DNA of 64,000 bases, taken from contig NC_068992.1 in NCBI RefSeq assembly GCF_001194135.2, forward strand, positions 52,462,826 through 52,526,825. The letters are read 5' to 3'. The stretch is from Octopus bimaculoides. Lineage: Eukaryota. Every line of letters begins with the position of its first letter. Within the stretch, counting starts at the first letter, position 1. Below are positions 35,186-46,790 of the stretch, in pieces. Made by a program: the position numbers and the translations under genes. The notes beneath the pieces are model-generated. The model had not been told where the DNA came from and did not search any database. It worked only from the letters and a program-made list of their open reading frames with translations.

Positions 35186-37079
35186 GTCATCATCATCATC
35201 ATCATTATTATCATCATCTTCATCGTTATTATTAAAGTTGTTTTTGTAATTAATATTATTGGTTCTTAAAGCATACATATGCGCTACTTTCACTCAAAAA
35301 TTTTAACCATATAAATGGCATGATCAAATGAAGTTTTCTTTGGGGCACTTTCTAAAAGTATTAGAATAGCCTGAGAAAAACGCTGCCATTCACATGCAGA
35401 TGCATATTAAAAAAAGTTGGTATATTCAGAATTTTGTTTTATTTATTTACATGCTCAATATGGTTGTTTTCACTGCCAAACGAATATAAGACACTATATA
35501 TTGCAGCAGCTAACAACACAAATACAACAGACAACTGAATGAACAAAAAGAAGTAAAAGTGTAGATTCAAATAATTAAATAAAAAAAAAAAAACATTCCA
35601 AGCAGTCTAACAGGTAGTTTTGGAGATAGCAACATAAAACAGGAGTATTGGTGACATTTGTGTGTTAAATCGCTCATATAGAATATATTGATTTATTTAT
35701 TTGGAAAACTAGAAATTCTGAGATTTCACATTTTAGGTTCTTTTTACCCATAAGTAAGTCTAATTGTCATCATCATCATCATCATTATCATCATCGTCGT
35801 CGTCGTTGTCGTCATCAACATCATCATGTTCATCATCATTGTCATTGTTATCATAAAAGAAAACAAATTGGAAGAGTCATTAATACACTGGATGCAATGG
35901 CTGCCATATGTGTTCTGTAGATAAATCCTACTAAGGTCATAAGTTCAATCTCTGCTTTAGGTGGTGTGCTGAGTTCTCGAGCAAGGTTTTTTTTTTTTTT
36001 TAACATTTCCATAGCTTACTCAAATGAAATGAATACCAGCTGAATACTGCTAGTGCAGTCCTGTCTCTCTCCTCCCCTAGCTGTCACATCCTAAATTTTC
36101 CACTGGGTCAAGGGTGAAAGGTCTGCATACAACTCCTTAAATACCTTCATCAGTCAGCAACAGTATGGTAAATGCTTCCAACTTATTTTTTATTCCAAAT
36201 GATAGCTATATTTATTGGCTGAACAGCAAAATGATCGAATTCCACCCCCACCCACCCCGGCCACTGGTTTTATTTAGCTAGTTGTATGTGGTTGGTAAAT
36301 AACTCTAGAAACAAGTGTACTTAAGTATTTTTTATGATCTCATTTGAAACTTTAGCTAAGCTTCTTAATGCTTTTGGAAAGCAGTTATACTGTCACGGGT
36401 CTTTAAATGTTACTCTGTTGCAGTATATATCATTGGCACAAGAACATGTGAAGAAAAAAGTTTTGGAAACTGGCATTATCTCCTATTTTTTGTTTGTTTT
36501 TTTTATAGATATCATGTATCTGTTTTATTGATATTCTCTATTTCCTTTTTTTGCTTTTTCTTTTCATTTTCATTGAGCCCATAATTCGAATCTTACACCT
36601 AAGGTCTAGCTATTTTATGATATAGTCTTGTCTCTTTGTCAATATCAGTTCTCCTACTCTTAATGACATAGGTTATATTGGATGTTGAAATTCCCAAGAA
36701 TTTTGTTATCTTTAGACTCAATTATAAGAGAAAACTGGTGATCAAACCATTTATCTGCCATTTCTAAGTTATAATTTCCAAGTAATTTCCAGCAGAAAAT
36801 CCATGAGATATTATATTGCTTCTGTGGCAGCTTAGTACATTCACTTACCAAATGTACTATACTTTCCCCATTTTTCCAAACATTCTATGTAACGATAATT
36901 AACTGACCATTGATTTTCGAGTCTTTCAATCTTAATTAAGTCGTTCTTTATTTACTTTATAATTCCTCCAATATCCTTTAAAGTAGATAAAGCTACTGCA
37001 ACACCAGTTAGAGAGAGTATATCAATGGTACTTTTAAGAAGGGGTACTATAATAAAAGAGAGACAAATAGTTCTTCTCT

Positions 37080-37436
37080 ACGGCGGCGGTGGTGGTGGNN
37101 NNNNNNNNNNNNNNNNNNNNNNNNNNNNNNNNNNNNNNNNNNNNNNNNNNNNNNNNNNNNNNNNNNNNNNNNNNNNNNNNNNNNNNNNNNNNNNNNNNNN
37201 NNNNNNNNNNNNNNNNNNNNNNNNNNNNNNNNNNGGTGGTGGCGGCGGCGGCGGCGGCAGTGGTGGTGGTAGTGAGTATTGTTGATGTTGTTGTTGTTAG
37301 TGGTGGTGGTGAGTGTCGTCGTTGTTGTTGTTGGTGGTGGTGTGATGAGTGTGTTGTTGGTGTAGTTGGTGGTGATGGTGCTGGATTTGTTGCTGCTGGT
37401 GATAATGACAATGAAAATGATGATGATGATGATGAT
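37080..37436. repeat. Compound (GGT/GGC/GTT/GAT)n microsatellite with an internal gap
   Basis: Direct. Confidence 0.9.
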
Positions 37437-37616
37437 ACATAATGTCACAAATTTCATTGAAGATGCATTCAAATAACAATACCCAAACATATTGGCTTTT
37501 ACATCATTCTATTAATCTCAGAATGCTGAAAGGAATAGCCATCCAATGCTAGCCTTGAGCTCAGTCTGCAACTAAAGAGGCTATTGTATTCTTTTCAATA
37601 TTCTATGAATTCTAAA

Positions 37617-37830
37617 GTGGTGAGCTGGTAGAATTGTTAGCACTCTCAGCAAAAGGCTTAGTGGCATTTCATCCATCCTTATATCCTGTGTTCAAATTCT
37701 ACCAAGGTGAACTTTACCTTTCATCCTTTCAGGTTTGTTATAATAAATGCCATTTGAGCACTGGGGGGTTGATGTAATCAACTTATCCCCATCCCTGAAA
37801 TTGCTGGCCTTGTGCTAAAATTTGAAATCA
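37617..37830 (+). mobile_element. SINE family B inserted in the R4 fossil
   Basis: GTGGTGAGCTGGTAGAATTGTTAGCAC...GTTCAAATTC...GGCCTTGTGCTAAAATTTGAAA. Confidence 0.88.
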
Positions 37831-38165
37831 ATATTCTATAGATTCTATCAATCAGCCACCAGTCTCAGCACATCTCTCAGTTTAACAGTTCCATCTGGGT
37901 CCTGTCTGTCTTAAGCAGGGTTTGCTTTGTTGCAAGTATTTAGAGCATACCAACAACTATGTTTCCCTTAATGATGTACGTATTTGCACTTGTAGCCTCA
38001 GACTTTGCAACGAGGAGTTAGTAACGAACTTCAAAGAACATAAAAACTGACATTCTTCTACTGACTAAATTATTAAAAAAAAAAAAAAAATGAAAACCAA
38101 AAAATGAAAAGAAACCTGACTCATGTAAAGTATCATTCACATTACATTAAAAGAAGAATTATCAA

Positions 38166-38337
38166 AGGCATAGGAGTGGCTGTATGGTCAGTAGCTAGCT
38201 TACCAACCACATGGTTCCGGGTTCAGTCCCACTGCGTGGCATCTTGGGCAAGTGTCTTCTACTATAGCCTCGGGCCGACCAAAGCCTTGTGAGTGGATTT
38301 GGTAGACGGAAACTGAAAGAAGCCCGTCGTATATATG

Positions 38338-38368
<31 letters not shown>

Positions 38369-38582
38369 GTGTGTGTTTGTGTGTGTGTGTTTGTCCCCCC
38401 AACATCGCTTGACAACCGATGCTGGTATGTTTATGTCCCCGTAACTTAGTGGTTCAGCAAAAAAGATTGATAGAATAAGTACTAGGCTTCTAAAGAATAA
38501 GTCCTGGGGTCGATTTGCTCGACTAAAAGGCGGTGCTCCAGCATGGCCACAATCAAAAGACTGAAACAAGTAAAAGAGTAAA
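38166..38582 (+). mobile_element. SINE family A, young full-length copy inserted in the R4 RT domain
   Basis: CpG-intact copy that interrupts the RT just after GGIF. Confidence 0.93.
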
Positions 38583-39189
38583 TGATAAAAGGGAAAAATT
38601 CCTCCATTGATGTCAATATTTTCTGAATTTAATTTGTTTTCTGGTGACACAATGTCTACAATCAGTTTTCTTATATTTTCTGCTACATGTATTATTCCCA
38701 AGCATTCTCTTCCATCCTATTTGAAACACACCAGAAACCATTTTTGTTTTATAATCAAAAATTACCATTGCATGGTTTGTCTACAATTTGGTATATAAAT
38801 TCTATAGTATTAATTATCTCAATAATCATGTCTCTCTGATCTCTCAGATTTCTATGATATATATCCTCCATACTGTTGCATATTTATTTCAATGATTTGC
38901 TTATATTGCCAATAAACAGCTGCCACATCAATGGTAAACATGGAATTGGTTTGCTGTTATGAGCTGCATTGCCTTTGTTTATATCTTTCATATATTGAAT
39001 AGTTCTACCTTATGTTCCTCTGTTCTGATAATGGTTCTTTGTTACATAATACATGTTTTAATTGTTCAGATAGTCTTCTGTGGCAAAAGAACAGGAGGTT
39101 AGATCTTTAAACCAGTAACATTGTACATATGCCAATACTGGTGTTTTGTAGTCTGGTATGTCCTTCAATTAATTCTTATTTCTTATTAC

Positions 39190-39275
39190 TTTATCACCAG
39201 TTGAATACAGGGGCTGATGTAATTGACTTAACCCCTCCCATAAAACTGCCGGCCTTGTTCCAAAATTTGAAACTG
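39190..39275 (+). mobile_element. SINE family B 3' half
   Basis: ACCAGTTGAATACAGGGGCTGATGTAATTGACTTAACCCC...GGCCTTGTTCCAAAATTTGAAAC. Confidence 0.8.
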
Positions 39276-39591
39276 GTATAATACCTGTATTTTTATGTAT
39301 TTTTAACTGGTATTTTCTTATATTTGACATAGAAAAATGGGTTGCGCATTTGACCTTCATGAGTGCTGACAGTTCAACTCGGTCAATATTTCCCTTAAAT
39401 AGTTTTAGTCCACCTTGGATTATTGGCAATAGAAAAAATTGGTAATCACTAGAATATTGGATTGGATGTATTCTAGTGTTTGTTCTGGTCTTCTGTCCAC
39501 TAAATCAATGCCAATCTTACAGAAGTGAACTTTGCTTTCATTCATTTGGGAGCACTAAATGTAGAATCAGTCCACAACAGTTGCAATGGGG

Positions 39592-39696
<105 letters not shown>

Positions 39697-39997
39697 AATC
39701 CAACCAGTATATAAGAAGCTTCACAGACAACAAATATATTTCAGCAATTGCAGTTTTGACAACATGTCAGTTTGTTTTTGTATCTAGCTTCCAAGATTCT
39801 TTATGTGAATTTGTGCATTGAAACAAATTTTGTTGTGACAAAGGGAGAATAATTATGCCAATATAATTAACACACACACTTATTCAATTACACTCCTTTT
39901 CTTTATTATTAGTCAATTAGTTAAATATCCATCTAATATCTTTTGTTTTTGTTTGTCAAAGCTCTTTAATTGTTATTATAATTATTATTATTATTCA

Positions 39998-40275
39998 AAG
40001 GGGCAAGCTGACAGAATCATTAGCGTGCCGGGTGAGATATTTAATACTATTTCATCTGCCATTACATTCTGAGTTCAAATTCAGCCATGGTCGACTCTGC
40101 CTTTCATCCTTTCGGGGGCAATTAATTAGGTACTAGTGGAGTACAGTGGTCAATGTAATCAACTATCTCCCTCCTCACAAATTCCAGGCCTTGGGCCTAT
40201 AGTAGAAAGGATTATCATTATTATTATTATCATCATCATTATTATTATTATTATCATTATTATTATTATTATAAT
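39998..40275 (+). mobile_element. SINE family B with (ATT/ATC)n tail
   Basis: AAGCTGACAGAATCATTAGC...GAGTTCAAATTC...GGCCTTGGGCCTATAGTAGAAAGG. Confidence 0.88.
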
Positions 40276-40726
40276 TGCCAGTTTCCATTTACTAAAGAAG
40301 AAAGACTTTAAAGATTGAAATTGTTGGAAATAATAAAAAAAAATAATAAATAAAAAAAAAACGAAGACCAAAATAGAAATAGATAAGGGTTGAATACAAT
40401 GAAGTCAAGAGTTATTTCTATAAAGCTTAGTTAATTCCCACAGCAATATATAATGCAAATTACACCTATTGAATCTGAAGAAACAATTATCTAAAAATCT
40501 TTGAAATGTAAGAAGAGATATCATAGAAGGAAAGAAAAAAAAACTTCTCAGATGCAGAGCTCACAATACCAAATACAAGAAATCCAGAACACAGCATGTA
40601 AGGATATCAACAATACAATGAACTCATTATCTATAAAACATACAGAATTTCTAATAAACTAAACGAACTCTGTAGACATATCTACAACAGGTTCCTCACC
40701 AAACAACACACACACACACACATACA

Positions 40727-40763
<37 letters not shown>

Positions 40764-41027
40764 TACAAAAACACCTTAAGTAGATGCAAGTTATAAAAAA
40801 AATGCGAATGCGCTAATAGTTTGGAAATGTTCATAGGAAAAACAAAAAAATAGAAAAGAATAGAAGTTGAAAAATTGAAATATATTTAAGACTGGGGAAA
40901 AATGTAAACTTAAAGAAATGATAACAGAGAAAAATATTTAGGCAAAAAAAAAAAGACTTCAAAACGAAGGAATTCAATAAATTTTTCATCATTCAAAAGA
41001 TAAAATCGATATAATCACACATATATA

Positions 41028-41245
41028 ATCTTTTCTACTCTAGGCACAAGGCCTGAAAATTTTGGGGAGGAGAACAGTCGATTAGATCGACCCCGTATGC
41101 AACTGGTACTTAATTTATCGATCCCGAAAGGATGAAATGCAAAGTCAACCTCGGTGGAATTTGAACTCAGAACATAAAGACAGACTAAATATATCACTAA
41201 ACATTTCTGCTGGTGTGCTAATGTCTCTGCCAGCTCACCACCTTA
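41028..41245 (-). mobile_element. SINE family B, full length
   Basis: TTTCTACTCTAGGCACAAGGCC...CTGCCAGCTCACC. Confidence 0.9.
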
Positions 41246-41448
41246 GTCACACAGATGTAATGAAATAGTGAACATGATATACAACTGGTATACAAATGGC
41301 TATGACAGAAACAAATACAGATGTAATGATGACAAATAACACGTACATTCTGAGTTTAAAACCTTGCTGGGGGAGTCATCTTATGTATTTAACATTTTAA
41401 GCATTGACACAAAGAGCACAACTCTTATTCTGGAATCGATTTCATTAA

Positions 41449-41725
41449 CCCATTACCTACCAGGGATTTCATATGAGATCACTTAAAAATTACAAATTTC
41501 GTAATTATCTGTCAATATTTACACATATCTAACCTTTTTGCTATATCTACTAGGTATATTTCTCTGATATTCAAATGAGGTTTGCTAATTTTTCATCCAA
41601 TACCTCACTTATTTCTATTTAAAATGTTATTTTGATCATTCCAGTGTGTTTCTAAGGCTGTTTTATGCTAGAAATCAAAATTTCATAAAAAAATTCCAGT
41701 TAATAGAATTATGGGAGGTAATGGG
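41449..41725. mobile_element. piggyBac-type MITE (277 bp) with TTAA target-site duplication
   Basis: TTAA-CCCATTACCTACC ... GGGAGGTAATGGG-TTAA: CCC/GGG termini and TTAA on both sides. Confidence 0.85.
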
Positions 41726-41998
41726 TTAACTGTACCTCCCAGTGCTACTGGTTTGATAAAGTGCAGTTAGTTCAAACTGTACCTGAATCAGTCATGGTAC
41801 TAATGTTGACCTGTTTTCTGTGTGTGTGTGTGTACGTGTGTGTTTGTATAGGTGTGTATATGTTTGTTGTGCCTGCATGTGTTTCTATTGTGTGCTGTAG
41901 ATTTGAATGATGACCAATACTATGGTGACTAACATAAGCCAGGAGAGAAAACTGGCTGTAAAATGATGATGAGAGAGAGACAAGGATTTCCGTATATA

Positions 41999-43130
41999 TT
42001 CTTTTCTACTCTAGGCACAAGGCTCCAAATTTTTGGGAGAGAGGGTATTTAATTTATCGACTCCAAAGAGACCAAAGGCAAAATCGAACTCAGCAGAATT
42101 TGGACTCAGATTTCTGTATATTTTGAAAGGCTAGTTATTTTAGGAGGAAGTCTTAGTTGATACTGTAGATTGCAGCACTTGAGCGGAACTTTAAAGAGCC
42201 CCATACTGATAAAAAATCAAAGCTAACCTGCACAGGATCTGAACTTAGTATATAATGAACAGAAACAAATTCTGCAAGACATTGTGTTGGTTGTATCAAC
42301 AATTCAAATAATCCATGAGCATGCATGTAATAAATAATATTGAAGATGATAATTAATCGTTCTACTATAGACATAAGGCCAGTAATTTCAGGAGAAGGGC
42401 AAGTTGACTGCATCGACCCTGGTGCTGAACTGGTACTTACTTTATCGACCCCGAAAGGATGAAAGGCAAAGTGGACCTATGCGGAATTTGAATTCAGAAT
42501 GTGAAGTCAAACAAAATGCCAGTAAGCATTTTGCTAGTAATTCTGCCAGCTCACCATCGTAATGAAGATGATGATAATGGTTTCAAATTTTGGCAAAAGG
42601 CAGGCAGTTTTTTAAGGGCTACATTGACCCCAGGATTTGATAGTTGCTTGTTTGTATCAAACCTGAAAGGCTGAAAGGTAGAGTCAGCTCGGTGGAATTG
42701 GAACTCAGAATGTAAAGATGGATGAAATACTGCTAAGCATTTTGTCTGGCATGCTAACAGATCAGTTAGCTTTTGGAGATTATAAAGATAATCATGATGC
42801 TTCCTAATTTTAGAATAAAGCTAGCAATTTTGAAGGAAGAGTGAAAGTCAATTACATCGATTCCTAGAATTTCACTGCTACTTTATTTTATGTGCCTTGA
42901 AAGGATGAAATGCAAATTTAGCCTCTGAAGAATTCCAGCTCAGAATGTAATGAGCTAAAATAAAATACCATTGATTCCTGTACCTAAGTGATACTTAATC
43001 TTACTGATTACAAAAGGATGAAATATAAAGTTGGACCCCCAGCAAGAATTGAGCTCAGAACATCAAGCGACTGAATAAATTACAGCAGGCATTCTCTTTT
43101 TCCAAAGTTGTAATGATTCAGCCAGCTCAT
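41999..43130 (-). repeat. Head-to-tail run of 5-6 diverged SINE B copies
   Basis: GGATGAAA.G...GAATTTGAACTCAG-like motif recurs at ~42075, 42220, 42455, 42670, 42900 and 43015, all in the same orientation. Confidence 0.8.
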
Positions 43131-43149
43131 ATTAGTAATATCAGAAAGA

Positions 43150-43285
43150 AAAAGAAAACAATGAGAAAGTGGAGGAGAAGGAGGAAACAGGGAAGGAGAA
43201 GGAGGAGGAGAAGGAGGAGGAGGAGGAGGAGAAGGAGAAGAAGAAGAAGATGATGATGAAAAAGAGGAAAGAGAAGTAGAAAGCT
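43150..43285. repeat. Purine-rich (GGA/GAA)n low-complexity tract
   Basis: Direct. Confidence 0.9.
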
Positions 43286-44914
43286 AATATCAATATTAAT
43301 AACAATAACATTGATTTTGAGAAGTTAGTGTGTATATATAAATAAATATATACATATATATATATATATACAATAAATATTTCCCTTCTCTCTATGTTGT
43401 CTGAATGTATTCATATGTTTTCTTGGAAAACTCTTTCAAACTCTTTTAGCAGAAACACCTATCTGCTTTAATGATCTTCACAGAACAGACATAACTTGAC
43501 TTATCGGAATTTTCGTCAGCACTTTATATATTTCCACTAGCAAAAAGAACAATTTTTCGTCTAAATATTTGTGTATTTCCCCTCAACAGAAAGACAATAA
43601 TATCTTGAACATGAAATTATATTTATTTCTAAGATAAACACAATAGTTTTATGGCTACAAAGATTTCTATGTTATACGATAAAGACAGGAATTATGCATA
43701 GAATGGTATGTTTCATCTGTTTATTTTAGTGTAGCAATTTATCAGATATACACAGATACATACATACATATAAATATATATATANNNNNNNNNNNNNNNN
43801 NNNNNNNNNNNNNNNNNNNNNNNNNNNNNNNNNNNNNNNNNNNNNNNNNNNNNNNNNNNNNNNNNNNNNNNNNNNNNNNNNNNNNNNNNNNNNNNNNNNN
43901 NNNNNNNNNNNNNNNNNNNNNNNNNNNNNNNNNNNNNNNNNNNNNNNNNNNNNNNNNNNNNNNNNNNNNNNNNNNNNNNNNNNNNNNNNNNNNNNNNNNN
44001 NNNNNNNNNNNNNNNNNNNNNNNNNNNNNNNNNNNNNNNNNNNNNNNNNNNNNNNNNNNNNNNNNNNNNNNNNNNNNNNNNNNNNNNNNNNNNNNNNNNN
44101 NNNNNNNNNNNNNNNNNNNNNNNNNNNNNNNNNNNNNNNNNNNNNNNNNNNNNNNNNNNNNNTATATATATATATATGCATGTGTATTATTTGGCAAATA
44201 TTAATCCATTTGAGATTTATTGTGCTTCTTTTTCGTGTTATTCTACTGATTGCTGCATGGAAATATTTCTTTTCGTGTCTCCAAATATGTCATAAATGGG
44301 TACTTTATCATCTTTAAATGCCTTGTGGATCACTGCCGATATTTTAGCAAATTGGAAGACATATTATAGTCGGATAATCCTTTAATAAATTCACTTTATC
44401 TTGCTTGTAAATCACTCTATGTCAGTCATTCAATTTCAGCTTTAATCTTTTATAGAATGGAAATTGATGTTAGAGTTTTTTTTTTTGTTTTTGTATCTAT
44501 TTTTATTTATATCGGTTTTTATATAATATTACACAAGGTCTAGTTGCTATGGTATCGGGATCCTGATCATAAGATTGTGTGTTCAATTCTTGGAGGGAGA
44601 GTACCAGCCTATGAATACCAGCATTCTCTCCTGCTACCTCTCACGTTCTTGACATTCTACCTGGTTTGAGGGCAAGGAGAGCGTGTAAACAATGCTCTGT
44701 CGATATTCATCCTTATATCCATATTTCTGTTAAGGAAAATTAAATTTATTTTTAGGATAACCCTTTTTTTGGTTTTTAGCCAGGAAGGAAAGCAGTACCA
44801 TGGCCCTTTGAAGGGCCTCCTATACTGGGGAGTATTCTGAGATGCAATGACAGGGCCTAAATGTTTGCAGCAGAGTAAACTCCACTAAAATTACTCAAAA
44901 TCTATATTTAAGAG

Positions 44915-45183
44915 AAGATGAATTATGTACATTATTTACATTATTTACATCTGATAGATATTTGTCCTCATCGTGTTTATTGTTAACAAAACATTTCGGC
45001 TGATATAATCTCCAGCCTTCATCAGGTGTCTTGGGGAAATTTCGAACCTGGGTTCTCATTCCTAAGGTACATTTCGATGTTGTCATTATTATTATTATTA
45101 TTATTATTCAAGTCGCTGCCTGGAATTGAACTCAGAATCTTGGGGTTATTAGCACATGCTCTTAACCACTATGCCATATGCCT
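44915..45183 (-). mobile_element. SINE family E, second copy (tRNA head, (AAT)n, hammerhead-bearing 3' region)
   Basis: Head GGCATATGGCATAGTGGTTAAGAGC...GAGTTCAATTCC; homologous to 24352-24609. Confidence 0.9.
44985..45030 (-). ncRNA. Minimal type I hammerhead ribozyme, intact catalytic core; predicted GUU cleavage between 44990 and 44989
   Basis: GACAC-CUGAUGA-A-GGCUG(GAGAUUAUAU)CAGCC-GAA-AUGU-U-UUGUU. 5-bp stem II; stem I has a C.U mismatch at position 1.1; the palindrome ACGU has become AUGU. Confidence 0.8.
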
Positions 45184-45237
45184 GTATGTAAATGGATGTG
45201 TTAAACCAAGTGATGAGTTCATTCTACTTACCAATAA

Positions 45238-45385
45238 TCCTTTCTACTATAGGAACAAGGCCTGAAATTTAGTGGGGCAGGGAGCTATTCGATTACGTTG
45301 TCTTTCGTGCTAAGTTGGTATCTAAAGAGGATGGAACACAAAGTTAACCTCAGCAGAACATGAACTTTGAACATAAAGACGGTCT
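45238..45385 (-). mobile_element. SINE family B with internal deletion
   Basis: TTTCTACTATAGGAACAAGGCCTGAAATTT...AACCTCAGCAGAACATGAACT. Confidence 0.75.
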
Positions 45386-45734
45386 GGTATACTACATACT
45401 GTCATCTCATTTCCTTTTAGCGCCCTGTAATAATGTATTCTTTATGATACTAGAATAGGACTGAATTAAAGATAAGGAACTGGTTTTATTTTCTTTTAGA
45501 TAAAGTAAATCAGATAATTCTTTACAATAATGATATAATTTGTGAAGATATTTCTTTAATATTTCATTACTTTGGTTAAAAGATAAAAGTTTCAGAAAGA
45601 AATTTTAGTATGATCTAAAACCTGAGTCTATATTTGTCATTTGAGACAGAGTTTTCATGTATCAGTATTACTAAAAGTTAGTATAACTGTCAAACAAATT
45701 ATTACTATTAAAGAAGCTGATCTAGTATTTAGAT

Positions 45735-46102
45735 TGTGGATAAAATGAGGGCTGAGGACTCGATGGGGATGCTGGAGTTGGAGGAATTGGTGGAACAGCT
45801 GGCAAGGGCAAATGGAGTGCAGTGGTATGGACATGTGTTGAGGTGGGATGAGGACCATGTTCTGAGGAGAGTCCTTGAGTTTAAAGTGAATGAACCGTGA
45901 AAGCAAGGTTGACCAAAGAAAACGTGGAGGGGACAGGTGGAGGAGGAGTTTGGGAGGGTTTGCTTGAGGAGGGAGGACGCCCAAAACCAGGCGAGATGGC
46001 GAGATGGTGTAAAAGCAGCTGCTGTAAGAGTGAGATAGATCCAGCCACCCCCATTAATAGGGACAAACCCAGATTTGAAATATTGGAATTCATCATCATC
46101 AT
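45735..46102 (+). mobile_element. 3' end of a second RTE-clade LINE family with (CAT)n tail
   Basis: LARANGVQWYGHVLRWDEDHVLRRVLEFKVNEP*KQG*PKKTWRGQVEEE...ARWRDGV matches RTE RWYGHVLR and GRPKKTW motifs. Confidence 0.88.
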
Positions 46103-46573
46103 GAAATTGCTGAATATATAAAGGATCTACAACACTAGATATAAACATAGCTATGCAGTTAAAGGGTTTGCTTTGGAATTGTATAGTCTTAGGTTCAGTC
46201 TTTGTTACTTCTTGTGCAAATATCTTCAATGTTTTGTGAGTGGATGTGGTATAGGGAAACTGCATTGAAGCCTTACATGTTCTTATTTGGATTATGTATG
46301 TATGCATGTGTGTATATGCATATGTATGTAAATGTACATCCAAACAAGCACAACAAACATATATGCAATCCTAATAAAAATACAAAGAAAGAGTATAACA
46401 CATCTTTAATTATCAGTTACAATTATTTGTGTATCACTCCTTTTTTTATTGCCCTTGCAAAAATTCATGTGAAAAGCTAAGTAATATTTTCGGTAATATA
46501 TATTAGAGAGGCACTTCATCAGACTTGCATCCAAAGCTGCACTCTTACATTATGGCATATATACATATATATA

Positions 46574-46790
46574 TAGTCCAGTAGGACTAAAGAAAAAAGA
46601 CCTGTCACAAAGACAGGTGTATCTAGTGTAGGTTCAATGATTATCTAGCAATAGCATAGACCCTTGGAAATTCCAAGCTGATGTCCAGCATGCTGGGAGA
46701 CCACTGGGTGTGAGGCAACCATTAGCTTTTGCTAAAGCATGTCACTAGGAGAAGATCATTCTGATATAAAACAAGATATACAGGAAACCA
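46574..46790. other. Cluster of five short hairpins or palindromes, possibly an RTE 5' UTR remnant
   Basis: TAGTCC/GGACTA, ACCTGTC/GACAGGT, CTTGGAA/TTCCAAG, CCAGCATGCTGG and TTAGC/GCTAA. The downstream CTAGGAGAAG..TTCTGATATAAAAC resembles RTE 5' UTRs (recall only). Confidence 0.45.

Larger units (their letters stand above)
36350..39160 (-). mobile_element. Fossil R4/Dong-type LINE (RT through CCHC and RLE), fragmented by later insertions
   Basis: Colinear minus-strand remnants: YKTPVLAYVQCYWFKDL; KDINKGNAAHNSKPIPCLPLMWQLFIG; AMVIFDYK; ENIDINGGIF; VSECTKLPQKQY...WKLLGNYNLEMADKWFDHQ...ESKDNKILGNFNIQ; RRTDIDKE. These match the NYRPITCLP.MWK, AWIDYKKA, GIFQGD, HWK...KWYEH...ILWDFNIQ and RPD motifs. 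Confidence 0.8.
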
